From positions 3,152,201 through 3,216,200 of the forward strand of contig NC_092670.1 in the NCBI RefSeq assembly GCF_964355755.1: a stretch of 64,000 bases of DNA, written 5' to 3'. This stretch comes from Antedon mediterranea. Its lineage: Eukaryota > Animalia > Echinodermata. A model generated the notes under the pieces. That model saw nothing but the letters and a program-made list of their open reading frames with translations, was not told the origin of the DNA and did not search any database. Shown here piece by piece: positions 26,759 to 38,715 of this stretch; position 1 is the first letter of the stretch, and the number at the start of each line of letters is the position of its first letter. Made by a program: the position numbers and the translations under genes.

Positions 26759-29700
26759 TATTAGTTTTATTTATGATTGAACACACAATTCTCTAGTATG
26801 TCATAATCACATTTAATTTTAAGGAATAATCAAATTCTATCTTTTCAGAAAATTATTATTACATTTGCGGATTAAAAATGTATAATTTTGATTGGTTAAC
26901 TGTTTGTTTGATATTTTTTTCTGGGCTAGATAATCTAATTAAAAATTGTTTATTGTTACGGAAATGTACAGTGTTTACTGTAGGACCAGTATTCACTTTT
27001 AAAATTTCCCATGTATTTATTATTGCTGTTTGCGAAGCGAACTTTGTTAAATGACGCCCCAGATGGTCGGAAATGGTACTTTCACACATAAAATTCATGA
27101 TAAATGGCAGCTCTAATTTACAGGAAAAGGCACTCTCATGTAGCATGCTACAGTACCAATAAGCAAAACGATCTACTTTTTCCTCCAATAAATACACGTA
27201 ACTAATGAAAGAACGATAACATTTTTTTGCCGATTTCAATCACTCAGTATTTTGTTTTGATTGCGTTGCGTTCAATGCGAACGTATGTCTAGGGGAAGCC
27301 CCGAAAAAAAGCGCGAAGTTCAATGCTTATTATAGCTCAATATTTATTTACATCAATTTGTTGAGGAAATTAAATATATATAAATATGTATTGATACAGT
27401 TGAGTACGTATCGGTGGGTGGCCTAGAAAAAAAAATTGGTTGCTATAATGTATACTACAGTACACAGTTACATAGTTACTGTAGTGTACTATTATTATTA
27501 ACATATCCTCTCTATGATGGATGATGGATACTACCCAGTATTCACTTTTAAATTTTCCCATGTATTTATTATTGCTGTTTCAAAAAATATTTCCAACAAT
27601 GCATCCATAAACAATATAATAATTATCAGTATCAGAAACCAGTTTTTTAGCTAATAATTTTTTTTTGTCCTACCTTTATTGTCGCATAATTTATTTTTAA
27701 CAGTTAAATGACATAATAAATGAATTAAAATTGTTAATTGTTTCTTAATATTGTTAAACATTTCTTCTGTTTGTTGTTTAGTTTAATGTACTGTTTAGGG
27801 ATTCTGAATTATTGTAAACTCTTCATTTCAACCTTTGGTTGTTTTTGAGCATTTTATACCAACCAGTCATATAAAAATATGAATTGTATAGACGGCATTA
27901 TAGAGGGTGACAAACACAATTTGTAATCCATCGGAAGGTAGTGTCGAACAGAAAATAAATTTATCCCAAATCTGAAAGAAATAAAGATTCACGGCCGACC
28001 ATATCCTGTTGACTTTTGGTGTAAAAAAATTAATAAAATCTCCTAAAACCGTATAAAGTATGAAAGTGTCATTATTATTTCTTGTCATTTAAATTCTGCT
28101 CCCATAACAGAAATATTTCATACCTGCTGACTGCAGCAATGATAGTGTGCAGTGTTTGGATGCCATGATGAGAGGGAACATGGACAGAATTAGTTTCCTT
28201 GTTCTAATTATTTCGTAAATGTTGTTTTGTGTTTTAGTCTGTAATGTAAGAATTTATATTGCAAGTTAAAGTTTGTGGTTTTTGTAGATTATTATTGACT
28301 CTTTTTATGTAAGTCAGTGAGCAAGCGTTGTAAATGCAGATTAAAAAAATTAGGCTTCTGCTATCTCCGAGAGTAACATAATGTAGGCTTACTTATGTAA
28401 AATAGTAACCAATGCTTTTACATTTTTAAGCTTCCTATTACAGTATCATTGTTCATGTGGTCAAGCTAAACATATCAAAAAGGACTTTATTTCAATATAT
28501 TGAAAGTTTTAATAACTGAAGCAACTAACCAATTTCTGATGTAGCCGTTTTTCGTCTTCCTTTTCCTTCATTGCTACTGGTTGCCACTTGCCCTGTTTAA
28601 TAAATGACAGGACAAAATCTAAATTTACAATGATATATTCTATACCTCTTTAAAAATATTACTGGGAGCATTAATTCAACATGAATACAGGAAAAGGCAC
28701 TCTCATGTAGCATGCTACCAATAAGAAAAACGATCATACTTTTTCCCTCCAATAAACACAAGAACGATAACATTTTTTTCGCCGATTTCAATCACTCAGT
28801 ATTTTGTTTTGATTGCATTGCATTCAAGTTTGTACTGTAGAGATATGGTTCGGCAAAAAAAATGGTGAAAAATTTGTTGTCATGATATTCTTTTTAATCA
28901 GATCAAAATGTATAGTGCTGCATAGGGAATAATTAATATCCCCAAAAAAGTTAGTTGAAAGTGTAATACAGAATCTCCTTAAATACAGCTGAATATACTC
29001 TGACAACAATTTGAAGCTCAGTTGGTCGAAAATAACAAAATAAATTGGATTAGCTTGTCAAAAGTTCAAATGCAATAACATTATAAATAGACAATATAGT
29101 AGACAATTATCTGACCAAATTAAAGAGGTAGCACTAAATAAACTCTCAAAACACATTTCACAACCTTTCCTTCAAAAGGGGCCCTAAGCAAATTAGTAAT
29201 CCGTTTAAACAAATTAGTAATTCGTTTGAACGAATTAGTAATTCGTTTGAACAAATTAGTAATCCGTTTAAACAAATTAGTAATTTGTTTGAACGGATTA
29301 GTAATCCGTTTAAACGAATTACAACATATACTTTAAATGGCACTTGTTGTATATGTTGCAATTCGTTTGAACGGATTACTAATTCGTTTGAACAGATTAT
29401 TAATCCGTTCAAACGAATTACTAATTCGTTAGAACGGATTACGTTCGAAAAACATATACTTCAAATGGCATTAATGGGCTTTCGTACAATCATGATATTA
29501 AAAAGGTCGGAGACAACTATAATAGACCAATTCATTGTCATAATTGTGTATGACACTGTTGTATAATATTTTTGAATGTCACTGACAAATTATACATATA
29601 CATGGCTGTTCCCAGTGTACATAACACCTATATATGTATAAGCAACTGATTTACCATATGTTAACTATAACCATGCTTACAATTAATAAAACTTGCATTT

Positions 29701-29863
29701 ACAATATTTATTGTAGATTTGATCGATCAGAGGTATAATAATCAGGAGTTGTTATCACGAGTTGATGCTGTGTCATACTGTACGTTTGGTGTTGTATAAC
29801 TTGATGTACTGTTATATTGTGATTGTTTGTTGTTGGATTGGTGTTGTGAATTATTTATTGTAA

Positions 29864-30741
29864 GGGCCCGTTTCTGCTGCCAAAAATATACCATATATAT
29901 ACGGTATATTTTATATACGGTATATTTTTTGGCAGCAGAAACGGGTCTCATAAAAAATATTCCGTATTATATGCGGTATATATACCGCATAAATATCCCC
30001 ATCGTTTGTGGATATTATACGATATATTCCAAAATATACCGTATATTTCGTACCCCGTTTCTGCTGCACTCAAAATATACCGTATATGTGACCCGGCCCA
30101 TGGCACGATGTCAAAAACTAACAGAACGTGACGCGTTTGTTTGGTTTTTCTGCTGCATTGACACACATGTGTATAAGCAAGCAACAGATCAAAATGTCAC
30201 TCAGTGGACTGGAGAAATAACTATTTTTGCAATTCAATTGTGGGGAGCAGCGAAGGTTGGGGGAGACTGCATGGCAACAGAAGAGGTCGTCTTCTAGCCC
30301 TAGCGACTCTTCTTCTAGCCCTCCTGTCATCATCATCATCATCGTCGATGAAGTTGGATGTTCCGAGAAGAACAGCCGCCAAAGTTATCAGCAAACGCTG
30401 TCGTCTTCTTTGCATAAATCTAGTCAATGCCCATTCTACATTTCTAGATTGTGCTTGTATGTGCGGTGTAAATTCGTTGCCACTTCTGCTCATTAGATTT
30501 AAAATAGAAAGCAATGCTACGATGTTTTGAGAAACCATCATTGTTTTGTTTTTGTCAGGTATAAACCTCACTACACGAGACTCTAGGTCAATCTATACTT
30601 CCGTCTCATGAAGTGCATTTTGGGTAAAATGAAAGCCAACTTTTTCACAGCCCACCCACGAAGTATGTGCAGCGGAAACAGTGCACGGATTTCATAATTA
30701 TATGGTATATGTACGGTATATTTTGGATTGGCAGCAGAAAC
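29864..30741. mobile_element. PIF/Harbinger-like derivative, duplicate of 25879-26758
   Basis: Part of the segmental duplication. Confidence 0.6.
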
Positions 30742-31689
30742 TATTAGTTTTATTTATGATTGAACACACAATTCTCTAGTATGTCATAATCACATTTAAT
30801 TTTAAGGAATAATCAAATTCTATCTTTTCAGAAAATTATTATTACATTTGCTGATTAAAAATGTATAATTTTGATTGGTTAACTGTTTGTTTGATATTTT
30901 TTTCTGGGCTAGATAATCTAATTAAAAATTGTTTATTGTTACGGAAATGTACAGTGTTTACTGTAGGACCAGTATTCACTTTTAAAATTTCCCATGTATT
31001 TATTATTGCTGTTTGCGAAGCGAACTTTGTTAAATGACGCCCCAGATGGTCGGAAATGGTACTTTCACACATAAAATTCATGATAAATGGCAGCTCTAAT
31101 TTACAGGAAAAGGCACTCTCATGTAGCATGCTACAGTACCAATAAGCAAAACGATCTACTTTTTCCTCCAATAAATACACGTAACTAATGAAAGAACGAT
31201 AACATTTTTTTGCCGATTTCAATCACTCAGTATTTTGTTTTGATTGCGTTGCGTTCAATGCGAACGTATGTCTAGGGGAAGCCCCGAAAAAAAGCGCGAA
31301 ATTCAATGCTTATTATAGCTCAATATTTATTTACATCAATTTGTTGAGGAAATTAAATATATATAAATAGGTATTGATACAGTTGAGTACGTATCGGTGG
31401 GTGGCCTAGAAAAAAAATTGGTTGCTATAATGTATACTACAGTACACAGTTACATAGTTACTGTAGTGTACTATTATTATTAACATATCCTCTCTATGAT
31501 GGATGATGGATACTACCCAGTATTCACTTTTAAATTTTCCCATGTATTTATTATTGCTGTTTCAAAAAATATTTCCAACAATGCATCCATAAACAATATA
31601 ATAATTATCAGTATCAGAAACCAGTTTTTTAGCTAATAATTTTTTTTTGTCCTACCTTTATTGTCGCATAATTTATTTTTAACAGTTAA

Positions 31690-32232
31690 AGATGTATTGT
31701 CCCTTGAAACACAAAAAATGAAAAAAAAAATATTCTAAATTTAAATTGGCCATATCAAAGTAATATTAAAGTTATTCACTTTAAGTCGAAAATTCGAGCC
31801 CAAAACAACAATTTTACGTAATTAACAGGTAAATTAATTAGATTAAATTTCATCTGGGAAATCGTCGCAAGCGAAAGTAAACAAAGATTTCGAACCATGA
31901 GTATGCATTATGCATGATGCTAATTAGGATTGTTACAACTTGTCACGGTTGAGAAGGTGTTTTCACACAGATCGCGAGGAAGTTTTATGATTATGCATAC
32001 AGAGTAGCCAAATAAGTGCGTTGCATTATGAGATATGTTTTGATTGAAAACTTTGACTGGAAGTCAAAGTTTTTTTTTGAACAAAAAAACACCTGTATTT
32101 TGGTTAAATTATTTTTTTTTTCGACTAATTTTTGGTGAAAGTTAATAACTATTATGATACTTCAAAATGACCCACTTTTTTTCAAAATAAAAAAAAAAAA
32201 TTTTTGGAATTAATCAAAGGGACAATACATCT
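31690..32232. mobile_element. 543-bp MITE with TTAA TSD (Kolobok-like)
   Basis: 16-bp perfect TIR AGATGTATTGTCCCTT with TTAA on both sides; empty site CAGTTAAATG at 27701-27710 in the other duplicate. Confidence 0.92.
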
Positions 32233-34242
32233 TTAAATGACATAATAAATGAATTAAAATTGTTAATTGTTTCTTAATATTGTTAAACATTTCTTCTGTT
32301 TGTTGTTTAGTTTAATGTACTGTTTAGGGATTCTGAATTATTGTAAACTCTTCATTTCAACCTTTGGTTGTTTTTGAGCATTTTATACCAACCAGTCATA
32401 TAAAAATATGAATTGTATAGACGGCATTATAGAGGGTGACAAACACAATTTGTAATCCATCGGAAGGTAGTGTCGAACAGAAAATAAATTTATCCCAAAT
32501 CTGAAAGAAATAAAGATTCACGGCCGACCATATCCTGTTGACTTTTGGTGTAAAAAAATTAATAAAATCTCCTAAAACCGTATAAAGTATGAAAGTGTCA
32601 TTATTATTTCTTGTCATTTAAATTCTGCTCCCATAACAGAAATATTTCATACCTGCTGACTGCAGCAATGATAGTGTGCAGTGTTTAGATGCCATGATGA
32701 GAGGGAACATGGACAGAATTAGTTTCCTTGTTCTAATTATTTCGTAAATGTTGTTTTGTGTTTTAGTCTGTAATGTAAGAATTTATATTGCAAGTTAAAG
32801 TTTGTGGTTTTTGTAGATTATTATTGACTCTTTTTATGTAAGTCAGTGAGCAAGCGTTGTAAATGCAGATTAAAAAAATTAGGCTTCTGCTATCTCCGAG
32901 AGTAACATAATGTAGGCTTACTTATGTAAAATAGTAACCAATGCTTTTACATTTTTAAGCTTCCTATTACAGTATCATTGTTCATGTGGTCAAGTTAAAC
33001 ATATCAAAAAGGACTTTATTTCAATATATTGAAAGTTTTAATAACTGAAGCAACTAACCAATTTCTGATGTAGCCGTTTTTCGACTTCCTTGTTCTTCAT
33101 TGCTACTGGTTGCCACTTGCCCTGTTTAATAAATGACAGGACAAAATCTAAATTTACAATGATATATTCTATACCTCTTTAAAAATATTACTGGGAGCAT
33201 TAATTCAACACGAATACAGGAAAAGGCACTCTCATGTAGCATGCTACCAATAAGAAAAACGATCATACTTTTTCCCTCCAATAAACACAAGAACGATAAC
33301 ATTTTTTTCGCCGATTTCAATCACTCAGTATTTTGTTTTGATTGCATTGCATTCAAGTTTGTACTGTAGAGATATGGTTCGGCAAAAAAAATGGTGAAAA
33401 ATTTGTTGTCATGATATTCTTTTTAATCAGATCAAAATGTATAGTGCTGCATAGGGAATAATTAATATCCCCAAAAAAGTTAGTTGAAAATGTAATACAG
33501 AATCTCCTTAAATACAGCTGAATATACTCTGACAACAATTTGAAGCTCAGTTGGTCGAAAATAACAAAATAAATTGGATTAGCTTGTCAAAAGTTCAAAT
33601 GCAATAACATTATAAATAGACAATATAGTAGACAATTATCTGACCAAATTAAAGAGGTAGCACTAAATAAACTCTCAAAACACATTTCACAACCTTTCCT
33701 TCAAAAGGGGCCCTAAGCCTAGTTATTCACGCTTCGCTCGCATAGAAGCCTCAACCCCCGGTTTGGGAATTTAGCCCCTCTGATGCGATGACTGTGTGCA
33801 AATCCATTCTTTCAATTTTAAAAATGAAGTTACATTTAAAGTTTAATATGCCTATATTTATCGGCTGGTTGCTAACTGGGGGTGCGAAACTAACACCCTT
33901 GGTCTGATCTGTAAGAAAATTTTGAAAAATAAAGCTGCTAGGTCCTCATAAATTAGTATAAATTGCAATTATACATTGATATATGAAACAAAATTATAAG
34001 TCTACAGAACCAGCCCATCATGGTTGGGATGGAGCTAAGAAAATTTAGTTACTAAGGTCCCAGAAATTGGATTATACTTCGAAATATAAAACAAAATATA
34101 TAAAGTCTCCATGACCAGCCCTATCATGGTTTATTACAAGTCTGCACAGTGTTCACTTTTATTCGGACTTAACATGGATGTTATTTTGTTTAATTAATTT
34201 GAAACGATAAAGATGAGGAAATCTGTGAGAATAAGAAAAAGT

Positions 34243-34297
34243 CGCCCCAACCGGGATTCGGACCCGGAACCGGTCCTAACCATTAGACCACTGGGGC
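34243..34297 (-). pseudogene. tRNA-like sequence lacking the anticodon arm
   Basis: Minus strand GCCCCAG TGGTCTAATGGTTAGGACC GGTT CCGGG-TCCGAAT-CCCGG TTGGGGC G gives an acceptor stem, A box, B-box-like T arm and a following T5 (34236-34240). Confidence 0.6.
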
Positions 34298-34693
34298 TTT
34301 CATGGTGTTGTTCAAACTTGATTGGATAACGACTCTTTAACACTCTCGAGGCGGTAGGGCGGAACAGCACTAGTCCCTCAATTGTACTCATGCGCACCAG
34401 AGATCAATTCATACGCCCTCATATTTTCAGTATATTAGTTCATGAAGCGCCAAAGGCAAACTACTGAAAAACGACAATGCCATCACAGAGCTTCACCCAC
34501 CAGATACAGTACATTCTCTTACACAACAAACGCCTTCACAATCAGTGGTAGTCTAACTAGTCAGAATAAATTATAACTAATAAACTTTGTTATATAGTTA
34601 AATACACATTTAAAAAATAGGTAATTAATTAGGTTCTATTTAAATCAAATGATCTCAAGTAAGTATACTATGCATAATAATGTGGCGATCTAC

Positions 34694-35219
34694 CTTTTAG
34701 AAAACTTTGTGCATGTCGGTTTATAAGTTTTGCAAAAGTGTCACGGTCGTCTTGTGAATACAAGCGTCCGGCTTTCTCAATGTGATATACAACATCCCAT
34801 ATATTGTTATAGTTGTAGGCACTCAGTTGGTAGAAACCAATAACCGTCATCAAATCGTTGTTGCCAGTGTTAGTTAGCACATTAAACATTGCTCTGCGAT
34901 ACGCTGTTAATCCTACACCTGCTGTATCACTACTTTGGATAGTGTTCTTATATTTGTCTATGTGTTTTTTTGCTAAGGCCATCATGGTTACTTCAGCAAT
35001 GTCCGACAACAGCTTCACATCAGTTTTGGAAATACATCCAAGGTGAGTAAGTTGATTAAATAAAACTAGGGCTGATTTTTCATCAACCATCATCATATCA
35101 AAAGTTCCAATGGGCATAATACCAAATAGAAGCATTCTCAGCCATCGCATCTTTACACCAGAATAGTGTTCACTTAGTTCTCTCAGAAATGTTTGGAATT
35201 CTACATCTTTTTCATCCAT
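34694..35219 (-). CDS. Coding exon with tandem death-effector-domain (DED)-like repeats
   Basis: Acceptor TTTTGCAG before 35226, ATG at 35219, phase-1 donor AAAG|GTAG after 34694. EFQTFLRELSEH..LRMLL..SALVLFNQLTHLGCISKTDVKLL and LTAYRRAMF..IWDVVYHIEKAGRL resemble paired DEDs of caspase-8/cFLIP-type prodomains. Confidence 0.72.
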
Positions 35220-35650
35220 TTTGAATCTGCAAAACAATAAAAAAAAAACGAGTTCAACTTCAACGTTAAGATCTTTAAAACTGACCAATCAAATGGTTCA
35301 CAATGAAGTTTAGTCACATAACCGTATATATATTCATACGCAAAAATTCACAAATATCACATTTTTCCTATAAATGATATCATTAAAGATAATATAAAGA
35401 GAGCGTCATACCATGAACACTGCTGTATTTTTGCTCTGTTGTGTCTCGTTTATTTCCTTTACTTTCTCGTTTACCCCAACACAATATCCCTTTAATGATG
35501 ATCACAAAGTGTTTTGGAGTGGATATTGATGCAATTGTGACAACAACACCAAACTTTGTTCAAATACGTGAATTTTAGCACAATAAACCTAGGCCGGCAG
35601 AGCGAATTTGAAAGAATAGCATTACCGGTGTGTGAAAGGGTCTGTGTAGT

Positions 35651-35939
35651 CAGCTGTCCAGGTCAGTATGCACATGTTAAGTTGAGCCAAGTTGAAATGG
35701 AATATACAAAACCTTCTACGAATAACTGTGTGCAATATTTTTTCTACTATTTTACTGATGCAGTCTACATTCGATTCATATTTATTCTTGACGACGATTT
35801 TCATCCGGTACCAATTTATTATTCAAAATGTGCAATAACCAGCTGTCCATGTCAGTATGCACATGTTAAGTGGAACCAAGTTGAAATGGAACTTACAAAA
35901 TGTTCTACGAACAACTTTGTGCAATATATTTTCTTCTAC
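35651..35939. repeat. Two ~100-bp direct repeats, period ~189 bp
   Basis: CAGCTGTCCA(G/T)GTCAGTATGCACATGTTAAG at 35651 and 35840. Confidence 0.75.
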
Positions 35940-36243
35940 AGTACCAGCGAGAATAACTGCCCCTTTTTGGACGAGACGGACATGTCGAGTGTCCGTCCAA
36001 TTTGCGTCCACGACGCGTCCATTCATAAACTAAACCAATGATTTGGACGCGCTTTCGTCGGGCGGGCCGTGACCTCGCTACCTGAGCACGTGTAAGTTAA
36101 CAAAATGGTGAAAATATGCTAAATTTTAAAATTTATATAGATCGTCAGAATGCTCGGGAACACCTATTTTTTATTTCATCTTCTTGAAGTGTATGTATCT
36201 TATGTATGATTTATTATTAAATTAAGGGAACAAAAGTTGATTA

Positions 36244-37089
36244 AGGCCCCGTTTCTGCTGCCAAAAATATACCGTATATATACGGTATATTTTATATACG
36301 GTATATTTTTTGGCAGCAGAAATGGGTCTCATAAAAAATATACCGTATATATATGCGGTATATATACCGCATAAATATCCCCATCGTTTGTGGATATTAT
36401 ACGGTATATTCCAAAATATACCGTATATTTCGTACCCCGTTTCTGCTGCACTCAAAATATACCGTATATGTGACCCGGAGTGACTAACAGAGCGTGACGC
36501 GTTTGTTTGGGTTTTTCTGCTGCATTGACACACGCGTGTATAATAAGCAAGCAACAGATCAAAATATCACTGTGGACTGAAGAAATAACTATTTTTGCAA
36601 TTCAATTGTGGGGAGAAGCGAAGGTTGGGGGGAGACTACATGGCAACAGAAGAGATACCGAGATTTACAAAAGTATCTCAAACAAAATAAAAGCAGAATT
36701 TGTGGTAGACTTAATAACGCCAAAGTTATCGGCAAACGCCGTCGTCTTCTTTGCATAAATGTAGTCAATGCCCATTCTACATTTCTAGATTGTTTGTGCG
36801 ATGTAAATTCGTTGCCACTTCTGATCATTAGATTTAAAATAGAAAGCAATGCTAAGACGTTTTGAGAAACCATAATTGTTTTGTTTTTCTCATGTAACCT
36901 CACTACACGAGACTCTAGGTCAATCCATACTTCCGTCTCACAAAATGCATTTTGGGTATATGAAAGCCAACTTTTTTTACAGCCCACCCACGAAGTATGT
37001 GCAGCGGAAACGGTGCACGAATTTCATATACGGTATATATACGGTATATTTATACGGTATATTTGGGATTGGCAGAAGAAACAGGGCCT
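36244..37089. mobile_element. PIF/Harbinger-like non-autonomous element, both TIRs present
   Basis: AGGCCCCGTTTCTGCTGCCAA...TTGGCAGAAGAAACAGGGCCT in a TTA/TAG context (TSD imperfect). Confidence 0.62.
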
Positions 37090-38651
37090 TAGTCATCGTT
37101 AATTGCATATTAAATTAAAAAAAATTAATTTCGACAATCAAACAAATTATGACATATAAGTTCATATATTAAAGTTAAAAGTATATAGTTTGACAGTGCA
37201 TCATTTTTTTTACATTTTTAAAGATGTCATCATAGTAAAAAATTATAATTCATTGCGGTATGTAATAATCTATTTGCACCAAAGTGGTTACTGCATAGCA
37301 AATACAAGAAGGAATTTTTTTACAACTTTTAGTCAGTTGTGTATGGCTCGGTGGTCTGTGCTCGTGTCTATGGCATTCAAGGTACCGAGATGGAGTCTCA
37401 CCTTGGGAAACGAAATAAGATTTTTTTTTATTATCCGTATTGTTTGTTTAAATTTATTTCTTAGTGTATACAGTAGATTATACACATGATTTATAATGAA
37501 ATCTATATAAAAGTAACTTATGTCTTTGTTATTATGTAACAACAAATGTGGTTTATGACATTATACGCAGAGGGATCTTTGATCGGATTGTGATACCGGC
37601 TATTGTATTCGCGTTAGCAAGGTCCTATCATATTATAAATAATTAAAGATTCTGAGAAAATCAATCAATCAATATATCTTTTAAAAATCAATTATCTTTA
37701 TTTAAATCAATGCATATAACCTATAATTCGTCATAGTGACGAATTAAATCTAGTTTATTTTATATATATTATATATTTAACATTGGAATAAATTATTAAA
37801 TTTCCACCTTTAAAATATAAAACAAACTTGTTGGAATTTACCTACTCCCCTCATCATGGACATCTTTAAACACTGTGTACAACCACTAATAGCTCATTTA
37901 ATTAAGTATTTAAATATATTTGTTGTAGATCTATTCTTATTATAGGTCTACATCAATCATTGTTTTGAATAAAAAGAAAATAGACTTCCTTGTATAAATG
38001 TATATCAAATAGTAGAAGACGTCATGACACCAGAAACAGTGCACCCATATAAAGTAACTACTAAAAAAAGAACATTTTATTACTAACCTTAATTTCTTTG
38101 TAGTATTATAGAGAAAAATAGTACCATGTTTCTTCCTAATGTAAATCTTACACATGTAAATCTTACACTATAACACAGGTCAGTCATATACAGTAAGGTA
38201 ATAAATATGAGGTGTGGCTGCAGACAATGCATATGGATTTTATTCAATTTTATGATGCCTAAAATTACTCAGCCATGAACTTAGTTATAATAACAATACA
38301 ATTGCTGTTTATACAATTTCTATTGGACCCTGTAATTATGAAACGCCAGAGAAGTATTAATTTATAATAAATCTACTGCTGAATTAAAAACTAAATTTAA
38401 TCAAATGACAACAGTTTTGTTTTTAAATGTTTCCTAAGTCTATGCTATATTATCAGTCTATCATGTCTAAATTAGAAAGAACAAGTTTATGGTATCCATG
38501 AATGACGTTCTTTACAATGCAAGCTTTTATATGGTTACAAGTATTTGATATTAATTGCATTGATTGTTAATAATAGAACCATCCAAGCGATGTTATATCA
38601 TGGACCTGGTTATATGAACAAATAACAAGTATGAAACGCCAAAGAATTAAA

Positions 38652-38715
38652 AAGAATTGATTACAAGCAGACTGTTTAACCATATGGTTAAACAGTCTGC
38701 TTGTAATCAATTCTT
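38652..38715. repeat. Perfect 64-bp palindrome
   Basis: AAGAATTGATTACAAGCAGACTGTTTAACCAT|ATGGTTAAACAGTCTGCTTGTAATCAATTCTT. Confidence 0.92.

Larger units (their letters stand above)
25205..33718. repeat. Recent tandem segmental duplication (copy 1 25205-29189; copy 2 29190-33718)
   Basis: Near-identical sequence and ORFs at offset ~3983, rising to 4529 after the MITE; junction GCCCTAAGC|AAATTAGTAATCCG. Confidence 0.93.

Noticed and set aside
34243-34297. Functional tRNA gene
   Set aside because: No anticodon arm and the T-loop reads TCCGAAT instead of TTCGAAT.
35556-36041. 161-aa ORF with internal repeat
   Set aside because: Non-ATG start, antisense to the DED gene's upstream region, and explained by a local duplication.
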